This document shows, in pieces, positions 20,590 to 29,520 of a stretch of 64,000 nucleotides of DNA (positions are counted from its first letter, which is position 1; every line of letters begins with the position of its first letter). Origin of the DNA: Minisyncoccota bacterium. GTDB taxonomy: Bacteria > Patescibacteriota > Minisyncoccia > Phycocordibacterales > SBAW01. The translations under genes were made by a program, and so were the position numbers. The notes below the pieces were generated by a model. That model was not told the DNA's origin. It ran no database searches and saw only the letters and a list, made by a program, of their open reading frames with translations. Location: NCBI GenBank assembly GCA_035549255.1, contig DASZRD010000007.1:1104-65103 (forward strand), given 5' to 3'.

Positions 20590-20958
20590 TTACTCAGTCC
20601 GCATCTTCTTTTTCTGTTGGTAGACAAAAGCTCCTACTATGCTTGCTAAAGGAACTAACATTGATGTCAATCCAGCTGCGCTATGACCAGTGGCAATAAG
20701 ATAAGTTCCTGCACCTATACCCGCCAGGGCCATGCATGCTCCAAAAATAAGACCGAGAATCATTCTCGCTCCGTCAAACCAAACAACTCTATTTTCAAGC
20801 TTTTGCCGATGCTCTGACTGATTCTCAGCCATCCGTACAATACGATCAGCCAAACCAGGTAATATAGAATCGTATCTTTGTAGATCTTCAGGTGCTGGTA
20901 AGGGTCCTGAATGAAATTTATTTTCTTGAACAACGATACTTCTATCCCGATTAGGCAT
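20590..20958 (-). CDS. DUF2335 family membrane protein (AT-rich)
   Basis: SGPLPAPEDLQRYDSILPGLADRIVRMAE..SEHR plus two TM helices. Confidence 0.85.
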   Translation of the reverse strand: MPNRDRSIVVQENKFHSGPLPAPEDLQRYDSILPGLADRIVRMAENQSEHRQKLENRVVWFDGARMILGLIFGACMALAGIGAGTYLIATGHSAAGLTSMLVPLASIVGAFVYQQKKKMRTE

Positions 20959-21193
20959 GAGAAGTTTCCGTTCGACCCCATTCGTAAGCGGTTCTGAAAT
21001 CGTTTCCTATTGCGTACCAGTCCGCTGCCGTTGCCTTGGTATCAGCTTCCTGCGGAGTTTTGCTTACTGCATAATTCTGAAAGAAATCCTGTCCAGCTGA
21101 GCCGAGAATAGAAGATACCCCCTGCATAAAAGTCCGACGCTCAGGCATGAGGACAAAAGTGCACGATTCATAAATTGTAGAGGATGTAGACAT
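20951..21193 (-). CDS. small hypothetical protein, overlapping partner of DUF2335
   Basis: ATG at 21193 after TGtTATACT; ...ADTKATAADWYAIGNDFR; 8-nt overlap with the DUF2335 gene. Confidence 0.65.
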   Translation of the reverse strand: MSTSSTIYESCTFVLMPERRTFMQGVSSILGSAGQDFFQNYAVSKTPQEADTKATAADWYAIGNDFRTAYEWGRTETSHA

Positions 21194-21235
21194 ATACAGT
21201 TCAGTATAACACACCACTCACTTGCTAAGTAACTC

Positions 21236-21643
21236 TTAGCGTTTCGACCACTGCTTGCGCTTGCGGGCCTTCACAAGACCCGGCTTTTTGCGCTCTTTGG
21301 CGCGCGGGTCGCGTTTGAGGAAACCCTCTACCTTGAGGCTGTGGCGCAGCGCATGGTCGTACTCGACGAGCGCACGGGAGATTGCATGGCGCACGGCGAT
21401 CGCCTGCCCCGCAATACCGCCGCCGCGCACGACGACGGTGACCGCGAACTGGGTCGGGAGCGAAACCTTGAGGAAAGGTTCCAGCGCCGCGACGCGGAGC
21501 TCTTCGGTATCAAAGTAGGTCTGCGCGTCCTCGTTGTTGATCATGATGAGCGTGCGGGCCGCCGGGGTGAGGCGCGCGCGGGCAATAGCCGTCTTGCGGC
21601 GGCCGACTGACTCTATATATTGTTCGTCCTTCTTGGTTGCCAT
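21236..21643 (-). CDS. rpsI: 30S ribosomal protein S9
   Basis: GRRKTAIAR, GGGIAGQ, RDPRAKERKKPG...QWSKR. Confidence 0.97.
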   Translation of the reverse strand: MATKKDEQYIESVGRRKTAIARARLTPAARTLIMINNEDAQTYFDTEELRVAALEPFLKVSLPTQFAVTVVVRGGGIAGQAIAVRHAISRALVEYDHALRHSLKVEGFLKRDPRAKERKKPGLVKARKRKQWSKR

Positions 21644-21649
21644 AACAAT

Positions 21650-21991
21650 TTACTTCTTGATCGTGAGGAGCTTGACGCGCTTCATCTGGAGGCGGTTCTT
21701 GGGGAGCATGCCTAGGACTGCGCGGCGGATCGCCTCCCCATGGCCGCGGCGCGCCACGAGCATAGCATAGGTCTCGATCTTTTGCCCGTCCGGATAGCCC
21801 GAGTACCGCACATATTCCATCTGCTTGGCCTTATTGCCGGAAATCTTCACCTTCGAGGCGTTGGTGATGGTCACTTCCTCGCCCATGACGGCGTTCTTCG
21901 CAAATGTCGCCTTGTGCTTGCCCATGAGGACTTTCGCTGCCTCGCTGGCAACGCGACCGAGAGTCTTATTTGATGCGTCGATAGTAATCAT
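21650..21991 (-). CDS. rplM: 50S ribosomal protein L13 (short)
   Basis: IDASNKTLGRVAS..LMGKHK, YSGYPDG, AVLGMLPKN; start at MITIDA avoids overlap with rplQ. Confidence 0.93.
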   Translation of the reverse strand: MITIDASNKTLGRVASEAAKVLMGKHKATFAKNAVMGEEVTITNASKVKISGNKAKQMEYVRYSGYPDGQKIETYAMLVARRGHGEAIRRAVLGMLPKNRLQMKRVKLLTIKK

Positions 21992-21998
21992 ACAAATG

Positions 21999-22346
21999 TT
22001 ATACAAATTCAATCAGTGCCATCGGTGAGCCGTCGCCTTTGCGCGGGAGCATCTTGACGATGCGGGTATAGCCGCCCGTGCGTTCCTTGTAGGAGGCCGC
22101 GGTCTTGATGAGCTTGTTAGCGACGGTAGCGTCGCCGAGCTGCGAGATGAGCATACGGCGGTTAGCAAGCGTATCAGTTCTGCCGCGCGTGAGCATCTTC
22201 TCAACCACGGGGCGGATCTCCTTGGCCTTAGCCTCGGTCGTAATGATCTTGCCCTTGATGACCAGCGAGCGGGCAAGCGACTTCAGCAAAGCTTCGCGAG
22301 CCCCCTTCTCCCTGCCGAATTTTCTGTTGTGGTTGTGGTGACGCAT
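21999..22346 (-). CDS. rplQ: 50S ribosomal protein L17
   Basis: MRH, ITTEAKAKE, RTGGYTRI, RKGDGSPMALIE. Confidence 0.97.
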   Translation of the reverse strand: MRHHNHNRKFGREKGAREALLKSLARSLVIKGKIITTEAKAKEIRPVVEKMLTRGRTDTLANRRMLISQLGDATVANKLIKTAASYKERTGGYTRIVKMLPRKGDGSPMALIEFV

Positions 22347-22364
22347 ACGGGTGCCGTGATGGAA

Positions 22365-23324
22365 TTACTTCAGGATGATACCGAAATTCGCCAAAGCGCG
22401 CTTCACTTCCTGGATCGCCTTGGGGCCCATGCCCTCGATCTCGAGGAGATCCTCCTCCTTTTTGCGCGCAAGGCCGCCGACGGTGCGGATGTTGGCCTTC
22501 TCGAGCGAGGAAATCGTGCGGCTGGAGAGCTCGAGGTCCTCGATGCGGGTCTTCATGACCTCGGCGGAGTTGTCCGGAGCGGCAACGCCCTCGGCAGCAC
22601 CCTCGGCGGGCGCCGATTCAGGCATCTCTTCCTCGCGGAAGCCGACCACGGCCTTGAGCTGCGTGATCATGATCTCGATCGACTGCTCAAGCGCCGCGCG
22701 CGGGGCGATGGTGCCGTCGGTCTCGATCGAGATGCGCAGGCGGTTGAAATCGGTGCGGTCGCCGACGCGCATGTTTTCCACTTCATAGTTGACGCGGCGG
22801 ATCGGGCTGAAGATGGCGTCGACGGAGATCTCGCCGATCTCGACTCGCTCCTTCTTGAGCGCTTCGCGCGGGACGTAGCCAAGCCCCCGCTCGATCGTAA
22901 ACTCGGCGCTCAATTCAGAATTCTTGTCGGTAAGCTCGCAGATATAGGCATCCGGATTGAGGAGGCGCACCTGGCCGGGGACCTGGAGGTCGGCGCCGGT
23001 GACTTTCTTCGGGCCCTTGGCTGAGAGCGTCACGCGCTGGCTCTCGCCGCCAATGATCTCGAAGCGGAGCTTCTTGAGGTTGAGGAGCACCGTTACAACG
23101 TCCTCCTTGAGGCCGCTTACGGTCGAGAACTCATGCTCAACGCCCTCGATCTTTACCGAGGTAACCGCCGCGCCCGGGAGGCTCGAGAGGATGATGCGGC
23201 GAAGGCTGTTGCCTAGCGTATGGCCGTAGCCCGGGTAGAGGCCGTCGATCTCATAGACGCCCGACATCTCCTCCTCGGAGACGACGCGGGGCTTGCTCGG
23301 CAATGTAATTGAATACTCCATCAT
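22365..23324 (-). CDS. rpoA: RNA polymerase alpha subunit
   Basis: GYGHTLGNSLRRIILSSLPG, VDAIFSPI, alpha-CTD. Confidence 0.98.
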   Translation of the reverse strand: MMEYSITLPSKPRVVSEEEMSGVYEIDGLYPGYGHTLGNSLRRIILSSLPGAAVTSVKIEGVEHEFSTVSGLKEDVVTVLLNLKKLRFEIIGGESQRVTLSAKGPKKVTGADLQVPGQVRLLNPDAYICELTDKNSELSAEFTIERGLGYVPREALKKERVEIGEISVDAIFSPIRRVNYEVENMRVGDRTDFNRLRISIETDGTIAPRAALEQSIEIMITQLKAVVGFREEEMPESAPAEGAAEGVAAPDNSAEVMKTRIEDLELSSRTISSLEKANIRTVGGLARKKEEDLLEIEGMGPKAIQEVKRALANFGIILK

Positions 23325-23382
23325 ACTTTTATAAAAACTTAATAACTAAATTCTTTTTTAATTTCGCCTCGTAAACTCGGCA

Positions 23383-23997
23383 TTAGCGGCTGTAGAACTG
23401 GATGATAACGCCCGCGTTAAACGGCATCTCGGTCGGAGCGATGCTGGGCGCAGTCTTCATCGTGACGGAAAAGCCCTGGTCGCCCGCCTCAAGCCAAGCC
23501 GGAAGCTTGGTTTCGGCCGCGGCATCGGTGCGGTTGGCAAACAAGGGACTCGTGCGGCTCTCCTGGCGGATCACGACGGTGTCGCCGACCTCAACCTTGT
23601 AGGACGGGACGTTCATGCGCTTGCCGTTCACCGTCACGTGGCCATGGGAGACGAGCTGGCGGGCGGCGCGGCGGGTCTTTACGAAGCCGGCGCGGAAGAC
23701 GACGTTGTCGAGGCGCGACTCGAGGCGGGAAATGAGCGCAGTCGAGGAATCTGCGCCGCGCGCCTCCATCGCCTCGCTGGCGTAGCGGTAGAACTGGCTC
23801 TCGGTAAGGCCGTAGGTAAAGCGCGCCTTCTGCTTTTCCAAAAGTTGCGCGCCGAAGTCGCTCCCGCCGCCGCGCTTGCCGCGGGGCATCTTGCGAGGCG
23901 ACCGGGCCTCGGCGAGCTGGAACTTGGCCGTCTGGCACTTCTCGAAGACGGAGGCGCCGAGTCGCTTGCAGATTTTGTACTTAGGTCCTACCAACAT
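23383..23997 (-). CDS. rpsD: 30S ribosomal protein S4
   Basis: LLEKQK, LESRLDNVVFRAG, ARQLVSHGH, FYSR. Confidence 0.97.
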   Translation of the reverse strand: MLVGPKYKICKRLGASVFEKCQTAKFQLAEARSPRKMPRGKRGGGSDFGAQLLEKQKARFTYGLTESQFYRYASEAMEARGADSSTALISRLESRLDNVVFRAGFVKTRRAARQLVSHGHVTVNGKRMNVPSYKVEVGDTVVIRQESRTSPLFANRTDAAAETKLPAWLEAGDQGFSVTMKTAPSIAPTEMPFNAGVIIQFYSR

Positions 23998-24023
23998 AAA
24001 AGATTAAAGATATATACGATTGA

Positions 24024-24452
24024 TTACACGCGGCGGGGCTTCGGCGGCCGCGGGCCGTTGTGCGGGACCGGCGTCTCGTCCTTGATCGAGGAAATGTGTA
24101 TCCCTTTGGTCGTAAAGGCGCGGATCGAGGACTCGCGGCCGGAGCCGACACCCTTGACCACGACCGATACCTCGCGCACGCCCATCTGGGATGCCTTGTC
24201 CGAAAGCAATTCGCCTACCTTCGCGGCCGCGAACGGGGTGCCTTTCTTGGCGCCCGAGAAGCCCAAGGAACCGCTCGAGGACCACAGCAAAATATTGCCC
24301 ATCGGGTCGGCAAGGGAAACCTTGGTATTATTGTAGGTCGCCTCGACGAAGAGGATCCCAGTGTCGAGCTTGCGCTTGGGCGAACGGGAAGATGCCGCGC
24401 TCCCGGCGCCACCGCTCTCCCCTCCTTTTTTGACTATTCGTTTCTTACCCAT
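24024..24452 (-). CDS. rpsK: 30S ribosomal protein S11
   Basis: ATYNNT, GFSGAKKGTPFAA, TPVPHNGPRPPKPRRV. Confidence 0.97.
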   Translation of the reverse strand: MGKKRIVKKGGESGGAGSAASSRSPKRKLDTGILFVEATYNNTKVSLADPMGNILLWSSSGSLGFSGAKKGTPFAAAKVGELLSDKASQMGVREVSVVVKGVGSGRESSIRAFTTKGIHISSIKDETPVPHNGPRPPKPRRV

Positions 24453-24495
24453 AGGTATTCTTTAAGTCTGATGCTGCAGTAGATTACAATATATT

Positions 24496-24873
24496 TTACG
24501 TCTTTTCAACCTTGCGGCGGCCCGAGCCCATGGTCTTACGGACGTTGCCGCGCACGGTGCGCGAGTTGGTCTTGGTGCGCTGGCCGCGGACCGGGAGCTT
24601 CTTCTGGTGGCGCACTCCGCGGTAAGCCCCGATGTCCTTGAGGCGCTTGACGTTGCCCGCGACCTCGCGCTTGAGGTCGCCCTCGAGCTTGAGGGTCTCG
24701 AGCACGCGGCGCAGCGCCGCCTCTTCGTCGGCAGAAAGCTCATCCATCTTCTTAGCGGCATCTACCTTTGCCTGCTCGCAGATCGTGCGGCCAAGCGGAA
24801 CACCCACGCCATAAAGCGTTGCGAGGGAGTACGGGAGTCTTTTATTAGGAAGTGTGATGCCTGAAATACGCAT
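24496..24873 (-). CDS. rpsM: 30S ribosomal protein S13
   Basis: Start MRISGITLP; EGDLKR, YRGVRH..LPVRGQRTKTNSRT. Confidence 0.96.
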   Translation of the reverse strand: MRISGITLPNKRLPYSLATLYGVGVPLGRTICEQAKVDAAKKMDELSADEEAALRRVLETLKLEGDLKREVAGNVKRLKDIGAYRGVRHQKKLPVRGQRTKTNSRTVRGNVRKTMGSGRRKVEKT

Positions 24874-24887
24874 ATAGAAATTTGGCA

Positions 24888-25001
24888 TTAGCCCTGGCGC
24901 TGCTTGTGGCGCGGGTTGCTGCACGTCACATAGATCCGCCCTTTGCGGCGGACCAGCTTGCAATTGGCGCAGCGGGTGTGAATCGATGATTTTACCTTCA
25001 T
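24888..25001 (-). CDS. rpmJ: 50S ribosomal protein L36 (Zn-ribbon form; absent from ORF track)
   Basis: Translated by hand: [37 protein letters not shown]. Confidence 0.96.
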   Translation of the reverse strand: MKVKSSIHTRCANCKLVRRKGRIYVTCSNPRHKQRQG

Positions 25002-25005
25002 GTCC

Positions 25006-25215
25006 TTACATTCTGCGGGTGATCCGCGCCTTCCCGCCGTAGGGGTCAAGCTTGAGGGTCACTTTGTCGCCCACCAGGACCTTGATCCGGTGCAGGCGCA
25101 TTTTGCCCGCCAGGTACGCAAGAATAGTCTCGCCCCCTTCAAGGGTTACCTTAAAGAGGGTGTTAGGGAGCGCCTCGTCGACGACACCCGATACTTCCTT
25201 ATCCTGGTTCTCCAT
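25006..25215 (-). CDS. infA: translation initiation factor IF-1
   Basis: [28 protein letters not shown]. Confidence 0.97.
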   Translation of the reverse strand: MENQDKEVSGVVDEALPNTLFKVTLEGGETILAYLAGKMRLHRIKVLVGDKVTLKLDPYGGKARITRRM

Positions 25216-25280
25216 TACGAGCGTTTCCTATAGTACCAAGACTCACTTTTGGTGTCAATAATCCCCTTAGGCAGCAAGCG

Positions 25281-26558
25281 TTACTGGGCGGCCTGCGTCC
25301 CGGTTACTACCTGGACTTTATCAGGGTCGCTCGGGAAAGTGCCCTCCCAGAACGGACGCACCTTTGCCTCGGCGCGCGCGACGGCGGGCGCCATCGACTG
25401 GATGATGCTTTGGAACTCCGACTTCGGCTTGCCGATGATGGCTGCTTTGATCGCCGCTGGGTCGTATTGCCATACGAGCGTCGGCGTGCCGGAGATAGCG
25501 ATCGTAATCGTACCGCCCGAAGAAGTGCTGGTCGCCGACGATATTGATATCTGGCTCGCGTCGGCGAAGCCGACAGCCTCGCCGTTGTAGCCCGTCACCG
25601 TCTGTTTGGCGATCGCGGCCGCGAGGTCGCCCATGGGCACAATATCCCCGCTCATGGTAGCGCTCTGCGACAGCGTCGCGGTCGAGCCCTGTCCTGGCGT
25701 CTGCGTGATATCGCTGAAGGTCACCTGGAGAGTGCCGGGGATAGCGAGATAGCTCGCCGGGATCTGCGAAGCAAGCGAGGATTGCGCCGCCTGGCTGAGG
25801 CCCTGCTTGAGCATATCGCTCGCCTTGGTAAGGTCGGCATCCGCAATGGCCGGCTCCGCGCCGACGAACCCGCCCGAGATGGCGCTCCCCTGCGCGTAGA
25901 ATTGGTCGTAGCGCGGGTCGCCCTTGAAGCCCGGTATCGTGAAGCGCGTATCAGACGCGATGTTGTAGTCGGCGCCCGGAGAGTCGGCGTACACGATGGC
26001 GCTTGCTGAACCGGGGGTCGACGAGTCGCTTGCGGCAGGCACGACCACCGAATCATGAACGCGATAAATCTTGCCGTTGGGGGCCTCGAAACGCGTGTTG
26101 GCGATAAGGCGCTGGGAGGAAGCCGTGGCATTGTAGATCGTAATGGGGCCGGATGCGCTGCGCGACACCTGCTTGGTGCCGCTTGCTGGGACGGTCGTCG
26201 TGGCGGAACGCGTTACGGTCATGATCGCGTAGCCGAGATTTCCCGCAGGCGGATTGAGCGCGGCGGTAAGCGTTGCGGGGGGCGTGACCTGCTGCTCTTT
26301 GGGATAGACCGTCACGGTCGCACCGGCGAAAAGGGTTGAGAGCAGAAGGCCGCCAACAGCGCACAGCAAGATCACTACGCCGGCGATGATATAGAAAAGG
26401 CGCTTGCCGCCGCCGCGCGGCCGGCGGCGGATCATCGGCGGGTGCTCCTGCATCGCCACTTCATCGGCGATATCGTCTTGCGCTGCGGGGGCGCGGCGGC
26501 GGGAACTCACGGGAATATTGCGTATAGAGCGCCTTTCTGGCGGTACCATGTCGCGCAT
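25281..26558 (-). CDS. membrane-anchored extracellular protein, baseplate-J-like beta domain suspected
   Basis: Basic N-tail, one TM, ASGPITIYN...LIANTRF...VYADSPGADYNI...FTIPG pattern recalled from CPR baseplate-J-like proteins. Confidence 0.6.
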   Translation of the reverse strand: MRDMVPPERRSIRNIPVSSRRRAPAAQDDIADEVAMQEHPPMIRRRPRGGGKRLFYIIAGVVILLCAVGGLLLSTLFAGATVTVYPKEQQVTPPATLTAALNPPAGNLGYAIMTVTRSATTTVPASGTKQVSRSASGPITIYNATASSQRLIANTRFEAPNGKIYRVHDSVVVPAASDSSTPGSASAIVYADSPGADYNIASDTRFTIPGFKGDPRYDQFYAQGSAISGGFVGAEPAIADADLTKASDMLKQGLSQAAQSSLASQIPASYLAIPGTLQVTFSDITQTPGQGSTATLSQSATMSGDIVPMGDLAAAIAKQTVTGYNGEAVGFADASQISISSATSTSSGGTITIAISGTPTLVWQYDPAAIKAAIIGKPKSEFQSIIQSMAPAVARAEAKVRPFWEGTFPSDPDKVQVVTGTQAAQ

Positions 26559-26564
26559 ATGAGA

Positions 26565-27539
26565 TCAGTATATACCGAATTTTTTATCGACAAAGAGCGC
26601 TTCGAGCATGAGGGGGACATCGGGGGCGAGCGCGTGCGCGGCGATATGCGGAGCAACGTGGCTCGCGCGCAGCGCCTGCACGACGCTTCCTTCGGGGAAA
26701 AGCGCATTGGCCTGCGCGCTGCGCGCGAGCGAGCGCGCAAAAAAAGCCTCGCTCGGCGTCGGAGCGATGACGATCACGCTGCGCGCGGGAGCTGTCGGGA
26801 TAAGCTCCGCCGCCGCTTCGCTGAACTGCTGCGCGAAATGGTTCCCCCCGGCTTCGAGCGCCTCGTGCGCCGCTTCCCCTTCGGCCCGCGAGGCAAGCGT
26901 TACCAAAGAGCGCGCCTCTCGCGCTGAGAAGCCGCCGTGCGAGACGGCTGTGCGCAGGATTGTCGAAAGCCCAACGGGGACGGTCGCGCGCCCGCGGACC
27001 ATCCCGTCCTCGATAAGCAGCAATTCGGACACCTCCCCACCGACGAGGCATAGCATCGCGGCGCGCTCAAATGGGAAGAGCGAAAGCGCGCCGTGCGCTG
27101 CGGCGGTGCCGAATGGATGCGCGCTCATGGAATGCTGGCCAAGGATATCCCGCGCAAGGTCGCTTATATGCTCGGTCATGTGCGGCAGGTAATCAGCCGT
27201 GCCGCCCGCAAGATGCATGGCCGCCCACGGCGGGGCATAAAAGGTCGCGACGTGGGCGATCTTCCCGGTCGGCGCAAGTTCTTCACGGCCGCGCACGCGC
27301 GAAGCAACCTCGCTGATATGCTCAATTGCCTTGCGCGCGGCAAGAAGCGCTTCGCGCGAAAGCTCGACCGAGCCGCGCGTCGAAAGCAAGGGAATTTCTA
27401 TACGCGTCTGCGCAAAGAGTTTGGGAGCTTCGTGAGGCGCAATGCGCACCAATGCGCCGGCAACACTGCCGCTCTCGATATCGACAAGCGCTATAGTCTT
27501 TCCCTGCTTGAGGTTTTTCTTCCCGAACATCGGGGACAT
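26565..27539 (-). CDS. divergent actin-fold (FtsA/PilM-like) protein
   Basis: IALVDIESGSV phosphate-1-like motif, LVGGEVSEL, VPVG; own -10 TATACT. Confidence 0.55.
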   Translation of the reverse strand: MSPMFGKKNLKQGKTIALVDIESGSVAGALVRIAPHEAPKLFAQTRIEIPLLSTRGSVELSREALLAARKAIEHISEVASRVRGREELAPTGKIAHVATFYAPPWAAMHLAGGTADYLPHMTEHISDLARDILGQHSMSAHPFGTAAAHGALSLFPFERAAMLCLVGGEVSELLLIEDGMVRGRATVPVGLSTILRTAVSHGGFSAREARSLVTLASRAEGEAAHEALEAGGNHFAQQFSEAAAELIPTAPARSVIVIAPTPSEAFFARSLARSAQANALFPEGSVVQALRASHVAPHIAAHALAPDVPLMLEALFVDKKFGIY

Positions 27540-27554
27540 GCCCCAAGTATAGCA

Positions 27555-29423
27555 CTACTCAAGCACCGCTTTGATGCGACGCACGCCCGCCGAAACTGCT
27601 TCTTCTTTTACGATCTTAAAGACGCCCGAGTCGCTCAACTGCGCCGTGTGCTCGACATGCGGGCCGCCGCAGAACTCGATCGAGAATGCGTGGTCGAGCG
27701 GGCCTATAGAGTAGACCGACACACGGTCCGGGTACTTGGCGCCGAATTCGTGTTCGGCATGAAGAGCTTCAGCTTCATCCTTCGGCATCTCTGTTCGGAT
27801 AACCGGCAAATCTTCTGTAATTTTTTCATTGACGATCTCTTCGACGCGCTTCTTCTGTTCGTCGGTCATTTTCTCTCCCCAGGAGAAGTCGATACGCAAG
27901 CGCTCCTGCGTAATGTTGCTGCCGCGCTGATGTACTGAGGGACCGAGTACTTCTTGCAAGGCTTTGAGCAGCAGATGGTGAGCAGTGTGTAGGCGCGTCG
28001 TCTTCTCGCTCGTGTCGGCGAGGCCGCCTTTGAACTTTTGTTCGCTCCCGGCGCGAGAAAGATCCTGATGCTTTTTGAGCAACTCTTTAAATCCTTCGAT
28101 ATCGATCTGCTTGATGCCCTTCTCCCCTGCCTCTTCCATAATAAGCTCGAGCGGGAAGCCATACGTCGTCACGAGTTGGTACGCGCCTTCGGCAGATATA
28201 GCGCCATCTTGGGTAAAACGCGTAAGCTCGCGCAAGCCACGCGCGAGCGTGGCGCGGAAGCGGTCTTCTTCGCGAGAAATTTCCTCGATAATCATGCCCG
28301 GTGTCTCTTGGAGGCTTGGATACGCTTCGCCATAGTCGTCGATCACGGTCTGCGCGGCTTGCGCGAGTGTGCCTTTGGGAACGCCGAGCGTATCGCAGAA
28401 TCTGACCGCGCGGCGCAGCACGCGGCGGATCACATACCCGCGCTCGACATTGCCCGGCCTCCCGCCGTCGGCGATAAGAAATACCGCTGCCTTGATATGA
28501 TCGGCAACGATACGAAAAGCTTTCTTGTTGTCAGCGTATTTTTTGCCCGAAGTTTCTTCAAGCTTTTTGATAATGTTCGCATGATTAACCAAGAAGATAT
28601 CCGGGTTATTCTGCGAGACCATCGTTATGCGCTCGAGTCCGCCGCCGAAGTCGACGTTGCGCTTCGGGAGCTCGCCGAAGGTGCCATCCTCCCTCTTTAT
28701 ATATTGCATAAAGACCGAGTTCCCGATCTCGAGGAAGCGCCCGCAGTCGCAGTTGGGATGACACTCGGGACCGAATTTCGTGTCGTGAGGCGTTCCAAAG
28801 TCATAAAATACCTCCGAGTCAGGCCCGCCTGGCTCGCCCACGGGCATTTTATCTGGCGTGCCCGCGCGCGACCACCAATTTTTCTTCGCGTCGTAGTAGA
28901 ATATGCGCCCGCCCTGCATGCCGACCTGATAGCCATTCTCCTCAGAGCCGATCTCGACGATTTTAGCCTCGATCCCCTTTTGTTTGAAAAGAAGCTGCCA
29001 AATCTCTGCAGATTCAGTATCGCGCGGGACATTGTTCTTCTCATCACCAAGGAACGCGGTCACATAGAGCTTCTCTGGGTCGAGGCCGACGACATCGGTC
29101 AGGAATTCGAAGAACCATGGCAGCTGCTCCTGCTTGAAGTAATCGCCAAGGCTCCAGTTGCCGAGCATTTCGAAGAAGGTCGTATGGCGATTGTCGCCGA
29201 CCTCCTCGATGTCCATCGAGCGGAAGCACTTCTGGCTATCAACTAAACGCACCCCAGCCGGATGGTTTTTGCCAAGGAGGTACGGCACGAGCGGCTGCAT
29301 CCCCGAGCCAGTAAAGAGGGTCGTCGGATCATTCTCGGGCATCAGCGAAGAGCTCGGGATCACCGTGTGCCCCCGCGCCTTAAAAAACTCCAGATATTTT
29401 GAGCGAACCTCGTTGAGTTCCAT
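27555..29423 (-). CDS. alaS: alanine--tRNA ligase lacking the C-Ala domain
   Basis: Start MELNEVR; DPTTLFTGSGMQP, HTTFFEMLGN, HTAHH, CGGPH; ends GVRRIKAVLE. Confidence 0.96.
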   Translation of the reverse strand: MELNEVRSKYLEFFKARGHTVIPSSSLMPENDPTTLFTGSGMQPLVPYLLGKNHPAGVRLVDSQKCFRSMDIEEVGDNRHTTFFEMLGNWSLGDYFKQEQLPWFFEFLTDVVGLDPEKLYVTAFLGDEKNNVPRDTESAEIWQLLFKQKGIEAKIVEIGSEENGYQVGMQGGRIFYYDAKKNWWSRAGTPDKMPVGEPGGPDSEVFYDFGTPHDTKFGPECHPNCDCGRFLEIGNSVFMQYIKREDGTFGELPKRNVDFGGGLERITMVSQNNPDIFLVNHANIIKKLEETSGKKYADNKKAFRIVADHIKAAVFLIADGGRPGNVERGYVIRRVLRRAVRFCDTLGVPKGTLAQAAQTVIDDYGEAYPSLQETPGMIIEEISREEDRFRATLARGLRELTRFTQDGAISAEGAYQLVTTYGFPLELIMEEAGEKGIKQIDIEGFKELLKKHQDLSRAGSEQKFKGGLADTSEKTTRLHTAHHLLLKALQEVLGPSVHQRGSNITQERLRIDFSWGEKMTDEQKKRVEEIVNEKITEDLPVIRTEMPKDEAEALHAEHEFGAKYPDRVSVYSIGPLDHAFSIEFCGGPHVEHTAQLSDSGVFKIVKEEAVSAGVRRIKAVLE

Positions 29424-29520
29424 ACTATATATAGTAGCGCACTCTGGAGCGTATCGTTTTTTGAGGCAAAAGAAAAGGGATGGAAGACTCACGGAAAATG
29501 GAGTACTGTACAATGCGCAT

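Noticed and set aside
29158-29520. Overlapping N-terminal extensions of alaS and the M13 peptidase in the ORF track
   Set aside because: Homology begins at 29423 and 29521, each with a -10 box; the interval is a divergent promoter region.
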